A program made the translations under genes and the position numbers. A model generated the notes under the pieces. That model saw nothing but the letters and a program-made list of their open reading frames with translations. It was not told the origin of the DNA and searched no databases. DNA of 33,896 nucleotides. Origin: Candidatus Methylomirabilia bacterium (GTDB lineage Bacteria; Methylomirabilota; Methylomirabilia; Rokubacteriales; CSP1-6). Location of the stretch: assembly GCA_041496385.1 (NCBI GenBank), contig JBGQEL010000041.1, positions 1-33,896 of the forward strand, written 5' to 3'. Of this stretch, positions 18,319 to 26,826 are shown piece after piece (position 1 is the first letter of the stretch; every line of letters begins with the position of its first letter).

Positions 18319-19056
18319 CTACGCGATCGACTCCGGCGCCACCGCGCGTCCGGTGCGCGCGGCCGCGTAGATCGCCAGCGGCACCTGCAGCATGCGCCTG
18401 GCGGCCTGCACATCCTGCTGCGGCTGGCGGCCGGCGAGCAGGCCGTCGACGAAGTCCGCGGCAGCGCCGTCGAAGCCGAGGCGCCAGTCGGTCGGGACCT
18501 GATAGCTGAGCGTCTCCGTGCCCAGGATCACCATCACCGGGGGCAGGTCGAGCATCTCGCCGGTGCAGCGGGTGACCCAGATGATGCCGCGCGTCCCGTG
18601 TATCTCGAAGAGCGCTCGGCGTCTCCTGGATGAAGTCCGCGCCGCGGCCGACGATGGCGGAGACCTCGCCGATCTCGCCGATCCAGAAGGCGGCGGTCGC
18701 GTACTTGTGCACGCCGTCGTCGTAGAGCGCGCCGCCGGGATTCCGCTTGGGATCGCGGCGCCAGACCAGGGCGTCGGGCTCGAGCTCGATCGCCTGCCCC
18801 GTGATGTGCTGGACGCGCGTGGTGTGGATCCGCACGAGCGAGGGCGCGCGCGGGCCACCGCGGCGGCGATGCGGTCGGCCTCGGCCATCGTCGTGGCCAA
18901 GGGCTTCTGACAGGAGACGTGCCCCCGCCGCTTCGCGCGCTCGGGCTCGCTGTCGCAGAGCGCCACCACGTCGCAGCACGGGTGCTGCAGATACCCGCGC
19001 GCGTTAAGCTGGGAGATGTTGCCGCAGCCGACGATCGCCAGGCGCACGCGGTTCAC
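18319..19056 (-). pseudogene. Gfo/Idh/MocA oxidoreductase pseudogene with three internal deletions
   Basis: GTG 19056 gives NRVRLAIVGCGNIS...DVVALCD..ERAKRR|GHVSCQKPLA (the D.V.I.TP..H segment is missing). The middle part (PSLVRI...GGALYDDGVHK...ETPSA) is in another frame, and the end (FEIHGTRG...AIYAAARTGRAV) returns to the first frame. Confidence 0.8.
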
Positions 19057-22000
19057 TGGAGCCGCTCCGCCGCCGTGCGCAGCTCGCTCATCTGGGCCGC
19101 CTTGATCGTGGTGACGCCCGGGAGCGGGGAGGGGTCGCTGAAGACGGACGGCGTGAGACCTGCGGCGGCGTAGGCTTCGCCAAGCGCGGTCCGCAGATCC
19201 AGCAGGTGCTGGCGCCTGACGGGCGTGACGCCGGCGACGGGCGACGGGTCGCTCCACGAAAACGCCGGGAGCGCGCGTCGCTGCCGGAGCACATCGATCA
19301 CGGCTCGCAGCTCGAGCAGGTGCGCGAGCTTCACGGGCGTGTTTCGCGCCACCAGCGTGGGATCGGTGAACGCCGCGGCGGCCAGCGGACGCGTCACCGT
19401 CCCGGCGTTCGTCGCGAGTGTGAGGCTGCCGGCGGCGAGCCCCGGTCCGCCGGCGGTGAAGTGAACCGTCACCACCTGGCTCCCGCCCGCGGCGACGTTG
19501 ACCGTGGCACCGCCGGTGACGCTGAACGGCCCCGACGCGGTCACGACCCCGGTCAGCGGGACGCCGCCCGTGTTCTGGAGCGTGACGTTGAAATCCGCGG
19601 TGTCGATGAAGTTGAGGTTGCCGCTCCCGGGCGTCATGCCGAGCGTCGCCGGCGGAACGAGCGCGGTGTTCAGCGTCGCGCGGTTGCCGGTGGCCTGGGC
19701 GAAGAAGCCCTCGAAGGCGATGCGGAACCGGTCGAACTTGGCAAGGTCGTCCGCCGTGGGCTCCGTGCCGGCGGAGACCACGAGCACCCAGGCCTGGCGC
19801 CACACGTTGGTGTTGTTGACCTCCGACAGGCCGCGGAAGGGCAGGCGCGCGCCGACGCACGCCTGCACCTGGACCGCCGACACGTTGCGCCGGGTCCCGC
19901 CCACCGTCACGTTGACCCGCGGAAAGCACGAGCGGACGCCGTTCGGCACGAGGGCCGTGGGAGCGCATTGCCCCGGCGACGGGTTGTCGATGAAGAAGAA
20001 ATCCGGCACCTCGCTGAGATCCCGGAGCCCCATCAGATACTGGTCGAGGGGGCCGTAGCGGGCCACCGCCTCCGTGGTGGTGAAGGTCCCGTTGCCGTTG
20101 TCCCGCCAGGCGACGCCGTTCATGACGGATGCGCCGCTGTCGAGATAGAAGCTCCAGTGCCCGTCGAGGTCGTCCAGGATGAGGTCGCTGCACGCGCTAC
20201 CGTCGTTGAACCGCGCGCGCGCCATCCAGGCGTGGCCCACCTCGTGTCCGACGAAGCTCATCGGCGTGTAGGTGTTGCCCTGGTTGATCGGCGCATTGGG
20301 GTCGGCCGGCTGCAGGCTCAACGCGTTCATGTTGACCATGTTCGTCAGGCGGCCCTGGCTTCCCACGAACGAGGTGGTGTCGAAGGCCACGCTGTCGCCG
20401 ACGCCCGCGGCGGCACGCCGCCAGTTGTTCGAGTATCCCGCCCCGGGAGCGATTGCGGTCTGCGGGAACGTCGTGAAGATCACGAGCTGGTCGAACGCGT
20501 CCGGCTGCAGCGCGTAGACCTTCCGCGCGATGGCCGGGAGGTGGATCGCCGGATCCCCGATGGTGGCCCCGCCGAAGATCTGGACCAGCGGCTCGAAGCC
20601 GGGCGTCGCGGACAGGGTGCGGGCGGGACCGCGGCTGAAGTCCACCGTGGTGACCAGGCTCGGATTGCTGAGGTCGGGCGCGATCCCGACGAGATATCCG
20701 GGCCCCGGCGTGCCGGGCACGCTCGGATAGCTCATCTGGAGCCGGCCGTCCTTGAAGAGCACGACCTGGAACGTGACCTCGAACGCCGAGCCGAACGGGA
20801 TCACCCGGTTCCACGTCACGATGAGCCGGTCGGCGAGGAGATTCGCGAACACCCCGCCGCCGGCAGCCGGGTTGTACTCGGTCGACCAGAGCGGGGCAAC
20901 GTGGGCGTAGGCCGAGATCTGATCGAGCACGTTGAACAGCGAGCCGGCGGGGTTGAAGTACGTGGATTCCGGCGCGTTGAACGTGATGTTGCCGTAGGGG
21001 TTGATGTAGACGCGTGAGCGCGGCTGGCCGTAGAACGGGAAGTTGACCGGCCAGAGCGAGAGGAAGTCGATCGTGGCGACGTCGTTGGTGTGCACGACAC
21101 CGGTGTTGTTGCCGAGGCGCGCGTCGAAGGCCAGCGCCCCGACGTCCACGTCGTATCCGAAGGTGAGGGGAACGAGGGGGTCCCCGATCCTCGGCGTGAA
21201 GGTGAGGGTCTTGCCCTGCAGGTCGAACACCTTGCCGGGCTTCAGCACGGTCGGGTCCGCCTTGATCACGATGATGTTGCCGTGGACCGAGTCCGGTCCG
21301 GGGTTGAATTGGGCGCTCACGGTCGTATCCGCGCTCAGCGTCACGACGCACGGCCCGGTGCCGGTGCAGCCTCCGCCCGACCAGCCGGCGAACGCGAACG
21401 CGGGGTCGGCGCTCGCCGTCAGGGTCACCACCCCGAGCGGAAACAGGGCCGTGCACGTCGCGCCGCAACTGATCCCGGCGGGACTGCTGGTGACCGTGCC
21501 GGTTCCCGTCCCCGCCTTCGCCAGCGTGAGCGTGAGGTTCGGAATCGCGAACGTCGCGCCGACGGTCCGATTGCCCGTCAGCGCGACCACGCACGACGTC
21601 CCCGACACCGAGTCGCAGCCGCTCCATCCCGCGAAGGCGAAGCCGGCGGCGGGGGTCGCGGTCAGCGTCACCGACGCGCCCGGCGTGAACGTCGATGCGC
21701 ACGCAGGCCCACAGTCGATGCCCCCGGGCACGCTGGTCACCCGTCCGGACCCCGTCTTCGTGATCGACAGGATGCCGGGCTCGCTCGACGGGATCGAGAC
21801 ATGGCCGCCGTTCGAGGCCATCACCACGTCGCCCGCGTCCGACTCGCTCGTCGGGCTGAACCGCACGGTCACGAGCTGGATTGCGCCGGGAGCCACGCGC
21901 AGCGCACCCCCGAAGACCACGCTGAAGGGACCGGTCCCGAACACGCTGCCGCGCAGGGTGACGTTGCCGATGTTCTTGATGGTGACGATCTGGTCGGTGC

Positions 22001-23681
22001 TGCCGCCGAGCGGAACGAGGCCGAAGTGGAGCCCGTCCGCCGGCGTCAGCTCGATCGCCGGCGCTCCAGCGGCGCCGGCGGCCGACGGAGACGCCGCGCT
22101 CATCCCCGTGCTGTTCATCCCGCGCACGCTGTAGTCGTAGGCGATCCCGACCACGGCGCTGAAGTCGTCGAAGCTGAGCAGGGGCGTCGACCCGAGTCGC
22201 ACCGGCGTCCCCGACGGGCTGGTCGCGCGCCAGACCTCGTAGCTCGCGGCGCCCCAGGCGGGCTGCCACGTGACGCGCACGCGGTCCGGGAGCTGGCCCA
22301 GCGTCGCGCGGACGTCCTGGGGAATGCCGGGCGGCAGGATCGGCCCGATGTCCCGCAGGAAGTTGACGGCCCGGCTGTTCCCTTCCGTGACGATGTCGCG
22401 ACGACCGTCGCCGTTGACGCTGAGCGGCACCCACTTGAGGCCGCGATCGGCGGCGAACGTCACCGGCGTGAAGTTCCCGGCCCCATCGTCGAGGTACATG
22501 AGCTTCTCGGCGCCGTCGCGATTCATGACCAGCCCGAAGTCGAGACGGCCGTCGCCGTCGAAATCCGCGGTGTCGAGCCGGAACGCCGGGTCTTGCGCGC
22601 CGAAGCAGCTTGTTCCACAGACACCGACCTGGCTCGGATCGCCCTGGGGCAGACGCGACGCGGTCTCGTCGCGGAAGGTGCCGTCGCCGTTGTTCACGAG
22701 CACCTGGACCCAGCGCCCGGCGCCGTTCTGGGCTGTGAACAGGACGAGGAGGTCGGGAAACCCGTCGCCGTTCAGATCCGTGGACTTGATGTCGAGCGCG
22801 ACGGCGTCGGCGAACGGCTTGAGCATGAAAAACTGGGTGGTGAAGTGGCCGGTCCCATCGTTCAGCAGCACGGGAGCGGGCCGATCGGGCCCGCCGTTCG
22901 GCGCGCTGCCGAGCACGAGGTCGGGGAAGCCGTCGCCGTTGACGTCGACGAAATGGCTCGCCGTGTAAAACGCCTCGCTGGCGTTCGCGAGGAAGTCGAC
23001 CGGCAGCCGATCGAGCGCCTGCGTGAAGTGCCCGGTGCCGTCGTTGAGCCAGATCTGCGGGCCGGTCGGGCTACCGGGCGGCCCGAGGCCGCCGAGATAC
23101 AGATCGATGCTGCCGTCGCCGTCGATGTCGGCCGCCGCGGCCGAGGGCGTGAAGGTCACGCCGGGAGGCAGGTTGGCGGTGGCGTCGACGAGCCGGCAGC
23201 CCGGCGTCGACAGCGCGAGCACGGCCTGGTAGCCGGGGAACGGATGATTGCCGGGAAGATTGGGAAGGGGCGCTCCGCTGTCCGGCACGAAGATGTCGGG
23301 CCGGCCGTCGCCGTTGAAATCCGCGATGATGATCCGCGCGGGGAACTGCGTGCGCGGCGGCGGGCCGATGAAGATGAGCGACGTGCCGTCGAAGAAGCCC
23401 CCGTGACCATCGTTCAGGAGAATCGTGAGATCGACCGGCTGCGTCGAGCTGCCGCGCGCGATCACGACGTCCAGGAGCCCGTCGCAGTTGAAGTCGGCGA
23501 CGCCCAGGATCACCCCGGGACTCTCCTCGTTGGGCTCAGCGCCCCCGACGTTTGGCAGGCGAAGGATCTGGACCGGCGGGGCGTAGGTGGGAAGCGGGGG
23601 CAGCGCCGCCGCGGGGGCGGCGAGCAGAAGCAGGCCCAGCAGGCCGCCGGCACCGCTGATCCCGCGGAGGTAACTGCGCAT
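19053..23681 (-). CDS. Giant secreted modular protein (1542 aa): signal peptide, 7 FG-GAP/VCBS repeats, FN3, Ig-like (ASH/choice-of-anchor D), 2 InlB-B-like repeats, nidogen-like region, HExxH zincin-like domain, Ig-like, C-terminal triple H-x-x-[DE]-L-R domain
   Basis: Start reassigned to ATG 23681 (MRSYLRGISGAGGLLGLLLLAAPAAA) from the repeat shared with 18233. Repeats DFNCDG, DFNGDG, DIDGDG, DVNGDG, DLNGDG, DFDGDG, SVNGDG; VTW..GA.SYEVWR; APLW; HEVGH at 20232-20246; GPLDQYLMG. Confidence 0.85.
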   Translation of the reverse strand: MRSYLRGISGAGGLLGLLLLAAPAAALPPLPTYAPPVQILRLPNVGGAEPNEESPGVILGVADFNCDGLLDVVIARGSSTQPVDLTILLNDGHGGFFDGTSLIFIGPPPRTQFPARIIIADFNGDGRPDIFVPDSGAPLPNLPGNHPFPGYQAVLALSTPGCRLVDATANLPPGVTFTPSAAAADIDGDGSIDLYLGGLGPPGSPTGPQIWLNDGTGHFTQALDRLPVDFLANASEAFYTASHFVDVNGDGFPDLVLGSAPNGGPDRPAPVLLNDGTGHFTTQFFMLKPFADAVALDIKSTDLNGDGFPDLLVLFTAQNGAGRWVQVLVNNGDGTFRDETASRLPQGDPSQVGVCGTSCFGAQDPAFRLDTADFDGDGRLDFGLVMNRDGAEKLMYLDDGAGNFTPVTFAADRGLKWVPLSVNGDGRRDIVTEGNSRAVNFLRDIGPILPPGIPQDVRATLGQLPDRVRVTWQPAWGAASYEVWRATSPSGTPVRLGSTPLLSFDDFSAVVGIAYDYSVRGMNSTGMSAASPSAAGAAGAPAIELTPADGLHFGLVPLGGSTDQIVTIKNIGNVTLRGSVFGTGPFSVVFGGALRVAPGAIQLVTVRFSPTSESDAGDVVMASNGGHVSIPSSEPGILSITKTGSGRVTSVPGGIDCGPACASTFTPGASVTLTATPAAGFAFAGWSGCDSVSGTSCVVALTGNRTVGATFAIPNLTLTLAKAGTGTGTVTSSPAGISCGATCTALFPLGVVTLTASADPAFAFAGWSGGGCTGTGPCVVTLSADTTVSAQFNPGPDSVHGNIIVIKADPTVLKPGKVFDLQGKTLTFTPRIGDPLVPLTFGYDVDVGALAFDARLGNNTGVVHTNDVATIDFLSLWPVNFPFYGQPRSRVYINPYGNITFNAPESTYFNPAGSLFNVLDQISAYAHVAPLWSTEYNPAAGGGVFANLLADRLIVTWNRVIPFGSAFEVTFQVVLFKDGRLQMSYPSVPGTPGPGYLVGIAPDLSNPSLVTTVDFSRGPARTLSATPGFEPLVQIFGGATIGDPAIHLPAIARKVYALQPDAFDQLVIFTTFPQTAIAPGAGYSNNWRRAAAGVGDSVAFDTTSFVGSQGRLTNMVNMNALSLQPADPNAPINQGNTYTPMSFVGHEVGHAWMARARFNDGSACSDLILDDLDGHWSFYLDSGASVMNGVAWRDNGNGTFTTTEAVARYGPLDQYLMGLRDLSEVPDFFFIDNPSPGQCAPTALVPNGVRSCFPRVNVTVGGTRRNVSAVQVQACVGARLPFRGLSEVNNTNVWRQAWVLVVSAGTEPTADDLAKFDRFRIAFEGFFAQATGNRATLNTALVPPATLGMTPGSGNLNFIDTADFNVTLQNTGGVPLTGVVTASGPFSVTGGATVNVAAGGSQVVTVHFTAGGPGLAAGSLTLATNAGTVTRPLAAAAFTDPTLVARNTPVKLAHLLELRAVIDVLRQRRALPAFSWSDPSPVAGVTPVRRQHLLDLRTALGEAYAAAGLTPSVFSDPSPLPGVTTIKAAQMSELRTAAERLQ

Positions 23682-23710
23682 GAGCCAGACATGATATACG
23701 GGAACCTGCG
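23648..23710. repeat. 63-bp direct repeat, copy 2 (-10 box, start codon and first codons of the 1542-aa gene)
   Basis: cggcaccgctgatcccgcggaggtaactgcgcatgagccagacatgatatacgggaacctgcg; 4 mismatches to copy 1. Confidence 0.95.
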
Positions 23711-23718
23711 TCGAAGGA

Positions 23719-23796
23719 GGCGCCAAGAACGAGGAGACCATCATCCAGGTGTGGGGCATGGGGCCGGCGACGGCCACGCCGGCCGAGAAGCGCTGA
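23719..23796 (+). pseudogene. 3' remnant of a probable cupin-domain gene
   Basis: Reads GAKNEETIIQVWGMGPATATPAEKR* with host-like codons. There is an in-frame TGA at 23692-23694 and no start codon upstream of the remnant. It resembles the recalled cupin C-terminus H[YF]DGAK.EE..[IV]Q..G.GP. Confidence 0.5.
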
Positions 23797-23808
23797 TCGC
23801 TCAGCCGA

Positions 23809-24063
23809 CTACGGGACCGCTCCTCCTGCGATCTGCGGCAGCACGTGTACCTCGCTGTCCGGTCCGATGGGCTCGAGCAGAGCGTCCTGGAAGATCTGGC
23901 CGTCGATGGCCACCGCCACGCCATCCTCGAGGTGGCGCCCGAGCGCGGGGTGCAGCTCGCTGAGCAGCTGGAAGAGGTGCTTCACGGACGTCGCCGGGAG
24001 ATCGAACTCGGCGACGCCCCCCGTGATCTGCGCGAGGTTTCCAACCAGCACCACGCTCGCCAT
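23809..24063 (-). CDS. MoaD/ThiS family sulfur-carrier protein (84 aa)
   Basis: MASVVLVGNL...VAVAIDG......LLEPIGPDSEVHVLPQIAGG-AVP; ATG 24063 lies 7 nt after the large-subunit stop. Confidence 0.88.
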   Translation of the reverse strand: MASVVLVGNLAQITGGVAEFDLPATSVKHLFQLLSELHPALGRHLEDGVAVAIDGQIFQDALLEPIGPDSEVHVLPQIAGGAVP

Positions 24064-24070
24064 GCGAGGC

Positions 24071-26347
24071 TCAGGCCTTGTTGAGGCCGCGATCCTTGAG
24101 CGCCTTGAGCACTTTGGGCGGCGACATCGGCAGCTCGGTGAAGCGGATGCCGGTAGCGTTCTCCATGGCGTTGGCGATCGCCCCGAGCGGCGGGACGATG
24201 GGTGTCTCGCCCACGCCGCGGACACCATACGGATGCTTCGGGTTGCCGACCTCGACCAGAATGGCGTCGATCATCGGCACGTCGGAGGCCACCGGCATGC
24301 GGTAGTCGAGGAAGCCCGCGTTCTGGAGCTTGCCGTCGGCGCCGTAGATGTACTCCTCGTTGAGCGCCCAGCCGATGCCCTGCACGGCGCCGCCCTGGAA
24401 CTGCCCCTCGACGTACGCCGGGTGTAGCGCGCGCCCCGCGTCCTGGGCCACGGTATAGCGCAGGATCGTCGCGCGTCCGGTCTCGGGATCCACTTCGAGA
24501 TCGACGAGGTGCGTGCCGAAGCTCGGCCCCGCGCCCTGGGCATTGATCCGGCCCATACCGCCGATGGGGCCGCCGGTCTTGCCGGCCAGCTTCGCGAAGT
24601 CCGCGACCGACAGAGGCTTGACCTTCTCTGCCAGCGCGCCCAGCGGCCGCACGTGGCCGTCCGAGAACTCGACCTGCTCCGGCTTGGCCTCCCACAGCTT
24701 GCAGGCGCGCGCGCAGAGATCGGCCTTGATCTGCTTGGCCGCCTCGACGATGGCCAGGGAGCCCGAGAAGGCCGAACGGCTGCCGCCGGTGAGGAAGTTG
24801 AACCCGAGCGAGCCGGTGTCGCCGATGATCGGCCGCACCTTGTCGTACGGCACGCCCAGCTCGTCGGCGGCCACCGCGGCCAGCGAGGCGCGCAGGCCGC
24901 CGATGTCCGGTGTGCCCGCCATCAGCGAGATCGTGCCGTCCTCATTCACCGTCAGCGAGACGCAGGTCTCGCCGCCGATATTGAACCAGAAGCCGGAGGC
25001 CACCCCGCGGCCCTGCCACTTCCGGAGCGGGGCGTTCCAGTGCTCGGTCTTCTTGATCGCGTTCAGCGTTTCCTCGAGCCCGATCGGGCCGAACTTCGGG
25101 CCGTAGGCCGCCTTCGTGCCCTCGCGCGCCGCGTTCTGCATGCGCAGGTCGATGGGGTCGATGTCGAGCTTCTTGGCGATCTCGTCCACCACGCTCTCGA
25201 CCGCATACTCCGAGATCGGCGCGCCCGGCGCTCGATACGCGGCGACCTTCGGGCGATTGGACACCACGTCGTAGCCGATCACGTGCACGTTCTCGATGTC
25301 GTAGGGCGCGTACGCGCACATGGTGCCGGGCTGCACCGGCGAGCCCTGGAAGGCGCCCGCCTGGTACTTGAGCTCGGCGAAGGCGGCCACGAACTTGCCG
25401 GCCTTGGTCGCGCCCATCTTGACCCGCACGGTGGCGCCCGAGGTGGGCCCGCTGGCCTTGAACACCTCCTCGCGCGACATGACCATCTTCACCGGGCGCT
25501 TGGCCTTCCGGGACAGCGCGATGGCGAGGGGCTCGAGGTAGACGACCGTCTTGCCCCCGAAGCCGCCGCCGATCTCCGTGGCGGTGACACGGACCTTGCC
25601 GATGTCGAGGCCGAGCAGTCGCGCGCAGTGGGCGCGCACGATGAAGTGGCCCTGGGTCGTGGTCCAGAGCTCGGTGGCGCCGTCCTCGGACACGGTGGCC
25701 AGGGCGGCGTGCGGCTCGATGTAGCCCTGGTGGACGGGCGCCGTCTTGAACTCCCGCTCGACGATGAGGTCGGCCTTCTTGAAGCCGGCCTCGACGTCGC
25801 CCTGCTTGATCTCGACGCGCTTGGCGATGTTCGAGGGTTTGTCGGGCCTGGGCTCCACGCCCACGGTGAACAGATCGTCGTGGAGCAGCGGGGCGCCGGG
25901 CCGCATGGCCTCGACCACGTCGATGACGTGCGGAAGCACCTCGTACTTCACGTCGATGAGCTTGAGCGCGCGCCGGGCGATGGCGACGCTGGTCGCGGCG
26001 ACCGCGGCGACCGCGTGGCCCTCGTAGAGCGCCTTCTCGCGGGCCATGACGTTCCGCACCACGTCCTTGTAGTTCATCATCATCTCGCCGGCCGGAATGA
26101 ACTCCGACGGCTGGTCACCGAAATCGTCGCGGGTGACCACCGCCTTCACGCCGGGCAGCGCCTCGGCCCTGGACGTGTCGATCGAGACGATGCGCGCGTG
26201 CGGGTGGGGGCTGCGCAGCACGCGGCCGATGAGCTGGCCGGGCAGGTTGAAGTCGGCGCCGAAGCGGGCGCGCCCGGTCACCTTGTCCACGCCGTCCGGT
26301 CGGATGGTGCGCGTGCCGACGTAGTGCTGCCCGTTCGTCTCGGCCAT
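24071..26347 (-). CDS. Xanthine dehydrogenase family molybdopterin-binding large subunit (CoxL/CutL-like)
   Basis: DGVDKVTGRARF, LRSPHPHARI, HQGYIEPH, IGGGFGGK, AYRAPG, GGSRS, EGQFQGGAVQGIG.AL.EE, RGVGE. Start ATG 26347 (MAETNGQ). Confidence 0.93.
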   Translation of the reverse strand: MAETNGQHYVGTRTIRPDGVDKVTGRARFGADFNLPGQLIGRVLRSPHPHARIVSIDTSRAEALPGVKAVVTRDDFGDQPSEFIPAGEMMMNYKDVVRNVMAREKALYEGHAVAAVAATSVAIARRALKLIDVKYEVLPHVIDVVEAMRPGAPLLHDDLFTVGVEPRPDKPSNIAKRVEIKQGDVEAGFKKADLIVEREFKTAPVHQGYIEPHAALATVSEDGATELWTTTQGHFIVRAHCARLLGLDIGKVRVTATEIGGGFGGKTVVYLEPLAIALSRKAKRPVKMVMSREEVFKASGPTSGATVRVKMGATKAGKFVAAFAELKYQAGAFQGSPVQPGTMCAYAPYDIENVHVIGYDVVSNRPKVAAYRAPGAPISEYAVESVVDEIAKKLDIDPIDLRMQNAAREGTKAAYGPKFGPIGLEETLNAIKKTEHWNAPLRKWQGRGVASGFWFNIGGETCVSLTVNEDGTISLMAGTPDIGGLRASLAAVAADELGVPYDKVRPIIGDTGSLGFNFLTGGSRSAFSGSLAIVEAAKQIKADLCARACKLWEAKPEQVEFSDGHVRPLGALAEKVKPLSVADFAKLAGKTGGPIGGMGRINAQGAGPSFGTHLVDLEVDPETGRATILRYTVAQDAGRALHPAYVEGQFQGGAVQGIGWALNEEYIYGADGKLQNAGFLDYRMPVASDVPMIDAILVEVGNPKHPYGVRGVGETPIVPPLGAIANAMENATGIRFTELPMSPPKVLKALKDRGLNKA

Positions 26348-26349
26348 GT

Positions 26350-26826
26350 CTATCCCTTTCTCATCGCCGCGGCGGTGTCCATCACCGCGGTCACGATCTT
26401 GTCGTACCCGGTGCACCGGCAGAGGTTGCCGGCCAGCCAGTATCGGATCTCGGTTTCGGTCGGGTTCTGGTTCCTCTCGAGCAGGGCCTTGCCGGCCACG
26501 AGAAAGCCCGGCGTGCAGATGCCGCACTGGAGCGCGGCGCCCTTCAGGAATTGCTCCTGCAGGGGATGAAGCGACTCGCCCTGGGCCATGCCCTCGATGG
26601 TCTCGACCCGGCGTCCGCCGACCTCGCAGCCCAGCACGAGGCACGAGCAGACGAGCCGGCCGTCGAGCATGACGCTGCAGGCGCCGCAGTCGCCGGAGGC
26701 GCAGCCTTCCTTGCTGCCGGTCAGGTGTAGCGTGTCGCGGAGCACGTCGAGCAGCGTCTCCTCCGTCTCGCAGAGGAACTCGACCGCGTCGCCGTTCACC
26801 GTCGCTTCGATATGGTGCTTGGCCAT
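26350..26826 (-). CDS. (2Fe-2S)-binding small subunit (CoxS/CutS-like)
   Basis: LTGSKEGCASGDCGACSV...VCSC, QCGICTPG, GNLCRCTGY. Start ATG 26826 overlaps the upstream stop. Confidence 0.95.
   Translation of the reverse strand: MAKHHIEATVNGDAVEFLCETEETLLDVLRDTLHLTGSKEGCASGDCGACSVMLDGRLVCSCLVLGCEVGGRRVETIEGMAQGESLHPLQEQFLKGAALQCGICTPGFLVAGKALLERNQNPTETEIRYWLAGNLCRCTGYDKIVTAVMDTAAAMRKG

Noticed and set aside
18200..23710. CRISPR array or att-site interpretation of the 63-bp repeat
   Set aside because: There are only two copies 5.4 kb apart, each coinciding with a gene start, and no cas gene or recombinase.
11943..23796. Calling the block a prophage, transposon or integrative element
   Set aside because: No integrase, transposase, phage gene, terminal inverted repeats or tRNA target is visible.
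23682..23924. 81-aa N-terminal extension of the 1623-aa ORF in the track
   Set aside because: It overlaps moaD and precedes the repeat-defined start and signal peptide at 23681.
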